In this document: positions 27,393 through 37,268 of the stretch, in pieces
Numbering within the stretch: the first letter of the stretch is position 1
Layout of the letters: every line of letters starts with the position of its first letter
NCBI GenBank assembly: GCA_965215605.1
Contig: OZ244070.1
Span: 256,001 to 320,000, forward strand
DNA length: 64,000 bases
From: an uncultured Candidatus Binatia bacterium
GTDB lineage: Bacteria > Desulfobacterota > Binatia > UBA9968 > JAJDTQ01
Reading direction: 5' to 3'
Made by a program: the position numbers and the translations under genes
Notes under the pieces: generated by a model
Seen by the model: only the letters and a program-made list of their open reading frames with translations
Databases searched by the model: none
Told to the model about the DNA's origin: nothing

Positions 27393-28628
27393 ATGAGCTT
27401 CGGGCGCCCCGGCTTGTCCATCTCCGTGTTCTGGTTCACGTTCTTCGGGGCGCTGGGCATCTTCTTCCCCTACTACAGCCTCTACCTCAACGAGAACGCG
27501 GGCCTCAGCGGCACCCAGCTCGGGCTGGTGCTCTCCGTCATGCCGCTGGTGGGCATCGTCGCACAGCCGTTCTGGGGGCAGGTGGCGGACCGCACCGGCG
27601 CCCGCGGCCCTCTCGTGGCGTTCCTCTGCATGGTAGCCGCCACGGGATTCGTGCTGCTGGGGCTGGCGCCGGGGTTCGTGCTGATTCTCCTGGCCGCCGT
27701 CTTCCTGGCGTTCTTCTCGACTCCGGTGATCCCCCTGTCGGTGTCCGTGGCGCTGGCGGCGTTTCGCTTTTCCGGGCCCCACGCCTACGGTTTCGCGCGT
27801 TCGTGGGGCACCGTGGGTTTCCTGGTCTCGGTACTGGTCTTTCCGCTGGCCCTGGACCGGGTACAGGTATGGCGGGGACTGAGCCCGGTGCCGGGCGGCC
27901 CGTCGGAACCGGGCCTGGGGGTCATGTTCCTGGGCACCGCCGCCGTCGTGCTGCTGGCGTCGGCGCTGGCCCTGGCTCTCCCACGGGAGGGCCTCGTATC
28001 CCAACGGGCGGTACGAGGCGAATGGCGCGTCCTGCTCCGCCGAGGCCCCATGCGCCGCATGTTGTTCTTCGCCTTCAGCGCCTACCTCTTCGTGACCGGC
28101 CCCATGGGACTCCTGCCGGTGTACGTTCGCGCCCAGGGCGGCACCCTGGAGACGGTACAGAACATGTGGATCCTCATGTTGGTCGTCGAGGTCCCGCTGA
28201 TCCTGTGCACCGGCATGGGGCTCAAACGCATCGGCGCCCGGGGACTGCTGGCCGCGGGGGTGCTGGCCGGCGGCGTGCGCTGGACGGTGTGCGGACTCAC
28301 CGCCAACCCCTACTGGATCTATCCCGTGCAGATGCTCCACGGCGTGATGGTGACGGGCCTGATGATGGGCGGGCCGCTGTACGTGGACCGGGTAGCCCCC
28401 GGGCGGCTGCGGTCCACCGCCCAGGGCCTGGTGGCCATGGTGGGACTCGGGCTCGGCGGCATCGCCTCCAACACCGCCGCCGGCTGGATACTCGATCACT
28501 TCGGCGCCAACGCACCGTACCTCATCGGCGGCATCGGCGCGCTGGTAGTAGGGCTGGCCATCGGCTGGATCCTGCCGCCGGTGGCGCACGAGGACGAGAC
28601 GGGGAAGGCCACGTCCGCGGGCGACTAG
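27393..28628 (+). CDS. MFS transporter (MFS_1_like/HcaT type)
   Basis: WGQVADRTG, RSWGTVGF, QMLHG; about 12 TM. Confidence 0.88.
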   Translation: MSFGRPGLSISVFWFTFFGALGIFFPYYSLYLNENAGLSGTQLGLVLSVMPLVGIVAQPFWGQVADRTGARGPLVAFLCMVAATGFVLLGLAPGFVLILLAAVFLAFFSTPVIPLSVSVALAAFRFSGPHAYGFARSWGTVGFLVSVLVFPLALDRVQVWRGLSPVPGGPSEPGLGVMFLGTAAVVLLASALALALPREGLVSQRAVRGEWRVLLRRGPMRRMLFFAFSAYLFVTGPMGLLPVYVRAQGGTLETVQNMWILMLVVEVPLILCTGMGLKRIGARGLLAAGVLAGGVRWTVCGLTANPYWIYPVQMLHGVMVTGLMMGGPLYVDRVAPGRLRSTAQGLVAMVGLGLGGIASNTAAGWILDHFGANAPYLIGGIGALVVGLAIGWILPPVAHEDETGKATSAGD

Positions 28629-28653
28629 CCGGAGAGGGCGGCCGCGGCGGGGA

Positions 28654-29616
28654 TCAATCCAGCTTCACCAGCTTCTGCAGGCTGCGCATCTCCCGCGGCG
28701 GTTCCAGCCGCCGGCCCATGATGGTCCAGGACACCTCGGCCACGTAGAGGTTCCGGTTGGAATCCAGGCAGATCCCGTGGGGGGCGATGAACTGGCCCGG
28801 CCCTTCGCCCATGACCGGATCGCCGAAGCGCCCCAGCTCGATGCCGTCGGCGTCGCGGATGACGATGCGGTGGCCGATGTTGGGATAGGCGCCGTTCTGG
28901 GAGGTGCCGGGGCCAAGCTCGCCGATGTAGCAGACGGGCTTGGCGCCGCTGCCCAGGGTCTCCATGTAGAGCGCGCAGGGACGGTGCAGGTTGTCGCACC
29001 ACTGGGTCTCGAAACGACCCTTGCCGTCGAACACCTGAATGCGGTGGTTCTCACGGTCAGCCACGTAGACCCAGCCGTCGCCATCGGTGCAGACGTTGTG
29101 GACCAGGTTGAACTGGCCCGGGTCGGTGCCGGGCTCGCCCCACGAAAAAAGCAGCTTGCCGTCCGGCGAGTACTTGTGCACGCGCGAGTTGCCGTAGCCG
29201 TCCGAGACGTAGATCTCGCCCTGCGGCGAGAAGGCGACATGGGTGCAGCGGTTGAAGGGGTCGCCTTTCTGAAACTCCGCCGCCTTGCCCGGAACCCCGA
29301 GGGTCATCAGCACCTTGCCGTCCAGCGTGCACTTGCGCACCGTGTGGTCGCCGTCGTCGGTAAGGAAAATGGTGTCGTCCTGCCCCATGGTGACGCCGTG
29401 CGCGCGGGCGAACACACCCTCGCCCCAGGTCCGCAGGAACCGCCCGTCCTTGTCGAACACGATCATCGGGTGCTCGCCCCGGGTGAAGCAGTAGACGTTG
29501 TCCTTTCCGTCCACCCCGACCCCGGCCACTTCCTTGAAGGTCATGCCGTCCGGCAGTTGCGCCCACCCTTCCTGAACCTCGTAACGGAACGAGCCGCTTC
29601 CCAGTATCGTGCTCAT
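28654..29616 (-). CDS. NHL-repeat protein (peptidyl-alpha-hydroxyglycine alpha-amidating lyase family)
   Basis: YVSDGYGNSRVHK, PGQFNLVH, YVADRENHRIQVF. Confidence 0.88.
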   Translation of the reverse strand: MSTILGSGSFRYEVQEGWAQLPDGMTFKEVAGVGVDGKDNVYCFTRGEHPMIVFDKDGRFLRTWGEGVFARAHGVTMGQDDTIFLTDDGDHTVRKCTLDGKVLMTLGVPGKAAEFQKGDPFNRCTHVAFSPQGEIYVSDGYGNSRVHKYSPDGKLLFSWGEPGTDPGQFNLVHNVCTDGDGWVYVADRENHRIQVFDGKGRFETQWCDNLHRPCALYMETLGSGAKPVCYIGELGPGTSQNGAYPNIGHRIVIRDADGIELGRFGDPVMGEGPGQFIAPHGICLDSNRNLYVAEVSWTIMGRRLEPPREMRSLQKLVKLD

Positions 29617-29873
29617 GCAACCCCCTTCATCTCACGGTCCTCGTTTGTGTCCCTGTCGTTCGCAGAGCCTGAGATCACCATCGACTGCAACGCGAAACGC
29701 GTGCCTCAAGCTGTTTGTCGCAGCGGCGGGTCAAGCGCCACTCGTTGAACGTAAGTACTTTGGCGTCGAACAGCAACCGGCTCCATTCCGCCACCGATGG
29801 AGCCGATCTCACTCGCTACCGCCGCGGGACCACCCGGCTTGAACAATCACCCTCCCCTGTCTAAGATCGCCCG

Positions 29874-31607
29874 ATGGCGGTTCGGCTGGAAACGGATGTG
29901 CTGGTCATCGGCGGCGGCATCGCCGGGGCTTTCGCGGCTTATCGGGCGCGGGAGGCGGGGGCGCGGGTGCTGCTGGTGGACCGTTCCTACTTCGGCCGAA
30001 GCGGCTGCAGCGCGCTGGCTTCCGGAGTCTATCCCGCCTACATGCCGGGCGACGACAAGAACGCGTGGATGCGGGCCTTCGGCGGACCGCTGGTGAACCA
30101 GCCCCTGGTGGCCAGGTCGCTCCCGGTCATGCACGAGCACGTGATGCTCATGGACCGCTGGGGCGTCAACTGGGTCAAGGAAGGCCGCAAGATCGTCCGC
30201 ATGGGCGCTCCGGGACGCTCCTTCGCCAACGGCGTCTGGATGGCCGAAGGCGGCCCGCAGATGATGATGGCGGTGCGCTCGGGCGTCGTGGGAAGCGGCG
30301 TCGAGGTGCTGAACCGGGTGGCGCTGACCGAGCTTCTGACCTCCGACGGCCAGTTGCCCACCGCGGGGCGCGTGGTCGGCGCCTGCGGCTTCCACACCCG
30401 AACCGGGGAGGTTCACGAGATCACGGCCAAGGCGACCGTGGTCTGCACCGGCCCCTACAAGTTCCCCTACCCCTGGCCCGGAAGCACGCTCGGCTACATG
30501 CCCATCGACCTCTCCGGCGACGGCATCGCGATGATGATGCGCGCCGGCGCGGAGCTGTCGCGCCTGGAGCTGGGCGGCATCAACCTGAACCCGGACAACG
30601 CGCTTTCCGCTCCCGGCCTGGAGTCGCTGATGCCGTCGGGGGCCAAGTGGGTGGACAAGGACGGCCGGCGGTTCCTGGAGGACTACGACCCCAAGCGCAT
30701 GGAGATGACCCAACGGGCGCTGCTCTACTTCGCCGTCGCGCACCAGAAGGAAAAGGGACAGGTGCCCTCCATGGACCTGCGAGAGGTATCGCCGGAGCGG
30801 ATGCAGCTCATCCGGCGGGTGATCCCCATCGTCGTCAACAACCAGGAAGCCATGGTGGGCGACCTCACCGAGAAACCGGTCCCCTACACCTTCCAGGTGG
30901 CCGGCACCAGCGGCATCTTCGGCGCCGGCGCACGGGTCACCGAACGGGGGGAGACCACCGTGCCGGGGCTCTACGCCGCCGGCACCTGCACCGACATGAC
31001 CTATCTCCCGGGCGGCAACCTGCCCTTCTGCTCCGTCACCGGCGACTGGACCGGCCGGGCCGTGGGGGCGGCCGTGGGGGCGGCGGAGCCGCCGCAAGCG
31101 CCCGCCGAGCAGGTCGAGCGGGTGACGGCGCGGATCGTCGAGCCGCTCCAGCGCCGGGACGGTATCGCCTTCGAACCGGTCCACCGCCGGCTCGGCGAGA
31201 TGCTGATGGAGAAGGTCGGGCTCGTGCTCCACGCCGACCGCTTGGACGCCGCCTTGGCCGAGCTCCGTGACATGCGCGCTCATCAGGTGCCGCGGCTCAC
31301 CGCGCGCAACCCTCACGAACTCGCCAAAGTCTGGGGCCTCGACCAGTATACGCAGGTACTGGAGGCGACGCTCCGCGCCTACCGCCACCGCACCGAAAGC
31401 CGAGTGGCCTTCATCCGCGAGGACTACCCGGTGATAGACAACGTCAACTGGGTGAAGATGGTGGTGGTGAAGCAAGAGAACGGCGCCCTCAGGCTGTGGG
31501 ACGAACCCCTGCCCGAGTCCTGGCACGACCCCCATCCGGTGCGGCCCACGCAACACCCGCATCTCGTTTTCCGCAACCGCGAGGAGGCCCCCGGTGCCGC
31601 GCGTTGA
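29874..31607 (+). CDS. FAD-dependent oxidoreductase, SdhA/FrdA/AprA superfamily
   Basis: DVLVIGGGIAG, GDGIAMMMRAGA, TTVPGLYAAG, RTESR...REDYP. Confidence 0.85.
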   Translation: MAVRLETDVLVIGGGIAGAFAAYRAREAGARVLLVDRSYFGRSGCSALASGVYPAYMPGDDKNAWMRAFGGPLVNQPLVARSLPVMHEHVMLMDRWGVNWVKEGRKIVRMGAPGRSFANGVWMAEGGPQMMMAVRSGVVGSGVEVLNRVALTELLTSDGQLPTAGRVVGACGFHTRTGEVHEITAKATVVCTGPYKFPYPWPGSTLGYMPIDLSGDGIAMMMRAGAELSRLELGGINLNPDNALSAPGLESLMPSGAKWVDKDGRRFLEDYDPKRMEMTQRALLYFAVAHQKEKGQVPSMDLREVSPERMQLIRRVIPIVVNNQEAMVGDLTEKPVPYTFQVAGTSGIFGAGARVTERGETTVPGLYAAGTCTDMTYLPGGNLPFCSVTGDWTGRAVGAAVGAAEPPQAPAEQVERVTARIVEPLQRRDGIAFEPVHRRLGEMLMEKVGLVLHADRLDAALAELRDMRAHQVPRLTARNPHELAKVWGLDQYTQVLEATLRAYRHRTESRVAFIREDYPVIDNVNWVKMVVVKQENGALRLWDEPLPESWHDPHPVRPTQHPHLVFRNREEAPGAAR

Positions 31608-31785
31608 AGTCAACCCACAGGCGTGCACCGGCTGCGGCGTCTGCGTCGACACCTGCCCCACCGACGTCCTGCGCCTCGACCCACAACGGAAGGCATCCAT
31701 GGCCTATCCCGCGGACTGCCAAGGCTGCTTCGTGTGCCAGTGGGACTGCGCCTACGGCGCCATCCGCGTCGTGGTGAAGGACTAG
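31594..31785 (+). CDS. 2x[4Fe-4S] ferredoxin (AprB-like)
   Basis: CTGCGVCVDTCP and CQGCFVCQWDC; overlaps the flavoprotein stop. Confidence 0.88.
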   Translation: MPRVEVNPQACTGCGVCVDTCPTDVLRLDPQRKASMAYPADCQGCFVCQWDCAYGAIRVVVKD

Positions 31786-31946
31786 GAGCCTGCGCCGCAG
31801 GGATTCGCGAAAGCGAAAATTCGCTATCGCCGTCCCTTCGGTCGGTCGATTGAGGAGAATATCATGTCATATTTGACGAAATCGAGCGGCCGAAGGGACG
31901 GATGAGAGCGGATTTGCAGCCGTGAATTCCTGCGGCGCAGGCTCCT
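31784..31946. mobile_element. About 163-bp imperfect palindrome (MITE/REPIN-like)
   Basis: AGGAGCCTGCGCCGCAGGGATTC at 31784-31806 pairs with GAATTCCTGCGGCGCAGGCTCCT at 31924-31946; inner arms CCGTCCCTTCGG/CCGAAGGGACGG. Confidence 0.6.
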
Positions 31947-32031
31947 CGGAGCCTGCGCCGCAAGTAGAGGCAGGAGCCTGTCCGCTTAGGGGCGACCCGC
32001 GGTGGCCCCAGGTGCAGGCCGGCGCCGCTCT

Positions 32032-33639
32032 TCAGGCCGCGCTGCCCACGCGTTCCCGCAGCGCCCGCTTGTCCACCTTGTCGCCCGACGCCACCTTGGG
32101 GAACGCGTCCATCAGTTCCAGCCGATCAGGACGCTTGAAGGAGGCTAGTCCCTGGTCAAGGAGGAAGGCGGTCACCTCTTCCAGCGTCAACGCGGCGCCG
32201 TTCTCGGTAATCACGCACGCCGCGATGCGCTCGCCCATCTCCGGGTCGTCGTAGCCCACCACGGCAGCCTCGCGCACCTTGGGGTGGCGCGCCAGCAGGT
32301 TCTCGATGTCGGCCGGAAAAATGTTCTGTCCGCCGCGGATGATGAGGTCCTGATCCCGGCCCATGAGGTAGATGTTGCCCGCGTCGTCCATGCGGCCCCA
32401 CTCCTCCAGGTCCAGGAAGCCGTCGGCGCGCCGGCGCGCATTGAGGTCGGGGTTGTCAAGAAAGCGCGCGTCCGAGGGCAGCCCACGGACCCACAGACGG
32501 CCGGTGACGCCGCGTGGAACCTCGTGGCCCCTCGCGTCCAGGATGCGCATCTCGTTGCCTTCGAGAGGGCGACCCACGGAACAGATGCGAACGTCGGCCG
32601 GGTCGTCCCACGAGGTGGCGCACAAGCCGCCGCAGTCCACGCTGCCGTAGCCCTGCATGATACGGCAGCCCAGCCGCGCCTCGGCCGCCCTTCCGAGCTC
32701 GTGGGGCAGTGGGGAACCGTGGCTCACGACGATGCGCAGGGAATCCAGGTCATGGCCCCCCAGATCGGGCAGCGCCAGCAGGCGGGAGATCATGGTCGGA
32801 ACCATGGGCAGGACGTTCACCCGTTCCCGCGCCACGGTCTCGCAGGTGACGCGCGGGTCGAAGTGGTCCAGCAGCACCACCCGCGCCCCGGCTTCGCACA
32901 CACCGTTGTACACGAGCCCGTCCGCCACCCCGGAAATGATGGTCGTGACCGCGCACAGGGTGTCGCCGGGTCCGACCCGGAACCGTTGGAGGTGGAGCCA
33001 CGCGGTCAGGAGGCGCGTGTAGAGCGGCACCGCCGCGCACTTGGGAGTGCCGGTGGAGCCGCTGGTGGTGGCGAGTTGGCACACATCCTCCACGCCGTAG
33101 CGTGTGGCGGCAAGGCGCCGCCGGCCCTCGTCCGTCACAGGCTGGGAAAGGGCGTCCTCCAGCGGCAGGCAGCCAGCGGGCGCTTCGTCCCACGCCGCCA
33201 GCACATGGCGCAACTCCGGGACCCGCACCTGATCGAGAAGGTCGGCGTGGTGGAAGCCCCGCCAAGCGGCAGGAATGATGGCGACCTCGGGCCGGGTAAA
33301 GCCCACGATGGCTTCCAACTCCGCGCGTCGCAGGCTCGGCGCCACGGTCACGAGCTTGAGACCCGCCTTCTCGCACGCCAGGCGGGCCAGAAACAGCTCC
33401 GCCGAATTGGGCATCTGGATGAGAACGCGACCGTCCCGCCGAAGGCCCAGGTCCAGCAGCGCCAGCGCCAAGGCGTCGGACCACTCCGCCACCTGGCTCC
33501 AGGTGAGACGCCGCCGAACGTCCACCAGCGCCTCCCTGGAGGCGAAACGGCGGGCGTTGCCGTCGCAAAAGTCGGCCGCGGTCTTGAGCGGCATATGGCG
33601 CGAGACCGCGTCCCGCAGAACCCCGCGCGGGTCCAACAT
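32032..33639 (-). CDS. AMP-binding enzyme (acyl/aryl-CoA ligase)
   Basis: TTSGSTGTPK, QGYGS, GRDQDLIIRGGQN, DKVDK. Confidence 0.9.
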   Translation of the reverse strand: MLDPRGVLRDAVSRHMPLKTAADFCDGNARRFASREALVDVRRRLTWSQVAEWSDALALALLDLGLRRDGRVLIQMPNSAELFLARLACEKAGLKLVTVAPSLRRAELEAIVGFTRPEVAIIPAAWRGFHHADLLDQVRVPELRHVLAAWDEAPAGCLPLEDALSQPVTDEGRRRLAATRYGVEDVCQLATTSGSTGTPKCAAVPLYTRLLTAWLHLQRFRVGPGDTLCAVTTIISGVADGLVYNGVCEAGARVVLLDHFDPRVTCETVARERVNVLPMVPTMISRLLALPDLGGHDLDSLRIVVSHGSPLPHELGRAAEARLGCRIMQGYGSVDCGGLCATSWDDPADVRICSVGRPLEGNEMRILDARGHEVPRGVTGRLWVRGLPSDARFLDNPDLNARRRADGFLDLEEWGRMDDAGNIYLMGRDQDLIIRGGQNIFPADIENLLARHPKVREAAVVGYDDPEMGERIAACVITENGAALTLEEVTAFLLDQGLASFKRPDRLELMDAFPKVASGDKVDKRALRERVGSAA

Positions 33640-33739
33640 GGGCTGTCCTCCGGTCCGGCGCGCGGCGGCGCTCCCGTCCACAACGGGGTATGCGCTTCGG
33701 TGTCCGCCCCCGTCCGGGCGCGTGCCTCGCCGCCCCGCG

Positions 33740-34555
33740 TCAAGGGGAATAGGGGCCGAGGAACCGCTTGGCGGCCCTTCGTTCCTCAATGCACTTGCGG
33801 TACTTCCAGCCCTGACTCAGGAACTCGAAGAGACCGCCCTCCTGTTTGGGATTCAGCGTGTCCAGCAATCCGAGAGCATTGGGGGTTGGGGGACTCATGG
33901 CCCAGAGACGTTCGGGGAGCTGCACCCGGGGTCCTGACAGTTCGAGCGTCCGCCCGTTCGTCCGGTTGCGCAGAATGAGCGCCAGCTCGAACTCGTCCCG
34001 CGGCCGCTCCCTGGCCCGATCCGGCACCTCGAAGGCCAGCTCCGGGCCGTGGTGGTAGAAGCGGTCGGCGCCCTTCCGTTCGTCGCCGGGTTCCACGAAC
34101 GTGATCCAGTCCAGGGTTCCAGACCCGCCGGTGCGGAATCCAATCTCGCCCACCCCGTCCTCGACGTACGTGTCGGCTTCCGGTCCTTCCACCGCCGCGC
34201 CAGCACCACGAGCCACGAGACGCATCGTGAACGGCGCATCACGCCAGCCGTGGGGCGCGTCAAGCTTCAGCCGCTGCAGCCGCACGTCGATGCGCACCGT
34301 CCTTCCACCCATCCCCCGGTATCCCGCCCACACCGCCACCACCGCCCGCGCCCGGCCGTCGGTGGACTCCATCCGGGCGTATGCCTTGACCCGGTGCGGT
34401 TCCTCGTCCGCGCACATCCGGCTGAAGACGACGCGCCCGCCGGGCGGATGAAGCATCGGTTCCGGAGCGGTGACGGGTTCGGTGACCTGCGCGCCGCAGG
34501 CCGTGCTTGCCAAAAGAAGCGCCAGCATCGCCGTCTGGCACAGCTTGTTGCTCAT
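33740..34555 (-). CDS. Hypothetical lipoprotein
   Basis: MSNKLCQTAMLALLLASTAC with a lipobox-like STAC; RBS GAGGAAGG upstream. Confidence 0.6.
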   Translation of the reverse strand: MSNKLCQTAMLALLLASTACGAQVTEPVTAPEPMLHPPGGRVVFSRMCADEEPHRVKAYARMESTDGRARAVVAVWAGYRGMGGRTVRIDVRLQRLKLDAPHGWRDAPFTMRLVARGAGAAVEGPEADTYVEDGVGEIGFRTGGSGTLDWITFVEPGDERKGADRFYHHGPELAFEVPDRARERPRDEFELALILRNRTNGRTLELSGPRVQLPERLWAMSPPTPNALGLLDTLNPKQEGGLFEFLSQGWKYRKCIEERRAAKRFLGPYSP

Positions 34556-35003
34556 CGGCGAACCTTCCTCGGTCTTCATGCTCGGAGCCTGCGCCCCGAG
34601 ATCCGTGACCCGACGTTCTCCCTCCAGCGCGACCGCCGGTCGCCCTTGCCCTCGACCGGGTGTTGCGTTTCGCTCCGGCTCGCCCTGAATTCCCCGTACC
34701 CGAATATCAAGCGGGGGTTGGACGTGCAACGTTTTGACCGAGGGATAGGTGGTCCCGAAGAACGGGCCAGGTTGGCAGCGCGACTCGCCTGCCTCGCCGC
34801 CGGCTCTGCCGGAACAGCAGAACATGTTAAACAGAACCCTGGCGGCACGATCCATTACCGCGGAATACACATTGTTTTCGCCGCCCAACTGTCCGACGAT
34901 GTGGGACCATCGCATCTGTCCGCCCATGATCCACAAGGGTCATCGGCACGTGAAGCGCAAGTCCGTCGCAGAGAAGCGGCGGGCGAACAAGGAGACGAAT
35001 CGC

Positions 35004-36092
35004 ATGGTGATGATCATCAACGAGGAGGAAGGCAAGGAACTGCTCACCATGGGTGAGTGCATCGACCTCATGGAGGACGTGTTCCGGGAGTTCGGGCGGG
35101 GGAGCGGGGTCAACCCGCCCCGGCTGCGCTACTCCTGTCCGACGCCCGACCCGGACGCGAAGTATTTCGCCAACATCCACGCCGGAGCGCTGGCCAAGTA
35201 CGGGGTGGCGGCGGTGCGGCTGAATTCCCGGCTCGCGGCGGAAAAGGACGACGAGACGAAACGGGTGGAGTTCAAGCACCCCACCCGGCGCTACTGGGGC
35301 CAATTCCTGCTTTACAGCCTGGAGACGGCCGAGCTTCTGGGCATCATCGTGGACGGCACCATATCGCCGCTGCGGGTGGGGGCCACCAGCGGCGCCGCCG
35401 TCCGGCTGCTGGCCCGGCCGGACTCCCGGGTCGCCGGCCTGTTCGGCACCGGCCATCAGGCCGAGTTGCACGCCCAGGCGCTGGCGGCGGCCCTGCCCCT
35501 GCAGCGCATGAAGGTGTACAGCCCATCGCGGGAGCACAGGGAGGAGTTCTGCGCGCGTTTCGGCGACGAGCTGGGCATTCCGGTCACCGCGGCAGCCGAC
35601 CCGGGCGACGTGGTGAAGGGCTCCGACGTGATCTGCTGCGCCACCAGCTCGTCGGCCCCGGTGTTCGACGGCAAGGACCTGGAACCGGGCCAGACGGTGG
35701 TCTCCATCGTCAACAGCGACGTGGTGTTCGAACGCCACGAGGTGGACCGGGAGACCTTCCGCCGCAGCGATCTCATCGTGGTCAACGGGCGCGAGAGCGT
35801 CCATGCCAACCGCCAGAAGGAACTGCTGGACCCCATCGATGCCGGCGAGACCTCCTGGGAGAAAGTGGCGGAGTTGGGAGAGGTGGTGAACCAGACCGCG
35901 CCCGGCCGGCAAGACCCCGCGGACATCATCTACTACAAGAACAACTCCGGCATGGCGATCCAGTTCGCCGCCGTGGGCAAGGCGATGCTGGACAAGGCCC
36001 GGGAGAAGGGCGTGGGCCGGGAGCTGCCGGGCGAGTGGTTCTCCGCGGACCTGGAACCCTGGTTCGCCAGGGGGTATTCGCCGGCGTCGTAG
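35004..36092 (+). CDS. Ornithine cyclodeaminase/mu-crystallin family protein
   Basis: LRVGATSG, GLFGTGHQA, CCATSS, NNSGMAIQ; RBS AAGGAG. Confidence 0.9.
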   Translation: MVMIINEEEGKELLTMGECIDLMEDVFREFGRGSGVNPPRLRYSCPTPDPDAKYFANIHAGALAKYGVAAVRLNSRLAAEKDDETKRVEFKHPTRRYWGQFLLYSLETAELLGIIVDGTISPLRVGATSGAAVRLLARPDSRVAGLFGTGHQAELHAQALAAALPLQRMKVYSPSREHREEFCARFGDELGIPVTAAADPGDVVKGSDVICCATSSSAPVFDGKDLEPGQTVVSIVNSDVVFERHEVDRETFRRSDLIVVNGRESVHANRQKELLDPIDAGETSWEKVAELGEVVNQTAPGRQDPADIIYYKNNSGMAIQFAAVGKAMLDKAREKGVGRELPGEWFSADLEPWFARGYSPAS

Positions 36093-36145
36093 GAGCTTGT
36101 GTTGTATTCCCTCGGCGGCACGGGCTCCCCGGAGGACGCCGCGCA

Positions 36146-37219
36146 ATGACCGACACGGATCTCGACGGGTTGGCCCAACGCATCAAGGCGTGGGGCCGGG
36201 AGTTGGGGTTCCAGCAGGTGGGTATAGCCGGCGTGGATCTGACCGAGGACGAGGCGTTGCTGGAGCGCTGGCTAGCCGAGGGGCGGCACGGCGAAATGGC
36301 CTACATGGAACGGCACGGCAGCCGGCGCACTCGGCCCGCGGAGTTGGTGCCGGGTACGGTCCGGGTCATCTCGGCCCGTATGGACTACCTGCCGGAGAGG
36401 GGGGCGGACCCGTGGCAGGTGCTCGACGACCCCGGCCTCGGCTACGTCTCCCGCTACGCGCTGGGACGGGACTACCACCGGCTCCTGCGGAAGCGGCTGC
36501 AGGCCCTGGCGGACCGGGTCGCCGGCTTCGCGGGCCCCTTCGGCTACCGGGTGTTCACGGACAGCGCGCCGGTGCTGGAGAAACCGCTGGCGCGCAACGC
36601 CGGCCTGGGCTGGATCGGCAAGCACACCAACCTCATCAACACCGGCGCCGGCTCGTGGTTCTTCCTGGGCGAGATCTACACCGACCTCGGACTGCCCGTG
36701 GACCGCGCCGCCGAGGACCGCTGCGGCACCTGCCGCGCCTGCATCGACGTGTGTCCCACCGGCGCCATCACCGGCCCGTACCGACTGGATGCCCGCCGCT
36801 GCATCTCCTACCTCACCATCGAGCTCCGCGGCTCCATCCCGGTGGAGTTGCGGCCGCTCATGGGCAACCGCGTCTACGGCTGCGACGATTGCCAGCTCGT
36901 GTGCCCGTGGAACCGCTACGCGCGTTTCACGGCCGAAGCCGGCTTCCTGCCCCGGCACGGCCTCGACGCGCCGGCGTTGCTGGAACTCTTTCGCTGGAGC
37001 GAAGCCGACTTCCTGCGCATCATGAGCGGGAGCGCGATCCGCCGCATCGGCCATGCCTGCTGGCTACGGAACGTGGCGGTGGCGTTGGGCAACGCGCCCT
37101 ACGATCCCTTGATCGTCCAGGGACTGAGGGAGCGGAACGACGATCCGTCGCCGCTGGTGCGGGAACACGTGGCGTGGGCGCTGGAACAGCAGCGCCGCAA
37201 GCAGTCGCGGCCAGTATGA
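36146..37219 (+). CDS. queG: tRNA epoxyqueuosine(34) reductase
   Basis: SRYALGRDYH, DSAPVLEK, CGTCRACIDVCPT, RCISYLTIE, GCDDCQLVCPWN. Confidence 0.96.
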   Translation: MTDTDLDGLAQRIKAWGRELGFQQVGIAGVDLTEDEALLERWLAEGRHGEMAYMERHGSRRTRPAELVPGTVRVISARMDYLPERGADPWQVLDDPGLGYVSRYALGRDYHRLLRKRLQALADRVAGFAGPFGYRVFTDSAPVLEKPLARNAGLGWIGKHTNLINTGAGSWFFLGEIYTDLGLPVDRAAEDRCGTCRACIDVCPTGAITGPYRLDARRCISYLTIELRGSIPVELRPLMGNRVYGCDDCQLVCPWNRYARFTAEAGFLPRHGLDAPALLELFRWSEADFLRIMSGSAIRRIGHACWLRNVAVALGNAPYDPLIVQGLRERNDDPSPLVREHVAWALEQQRRKQSRPV

Positions 37220-37268
37220 AGACGCGGTGACGAAGTAGCGGGCGGGTTGGCAACCCTCCACGCCAAAC

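Noticed and set aside
34680-34875. 6S RNA or cobalamin riboswitch call
   Set aside because: I could not find the conserved sequence cores; kept only as a weak structured-RNA candidate.
35057-37219. 720-aa apparent fusion ending in QueG
   Set aside because: The N-terminal half is an alternative frame of the cyclodeaminase gene; QueG starts at 36146 after GGAGG.
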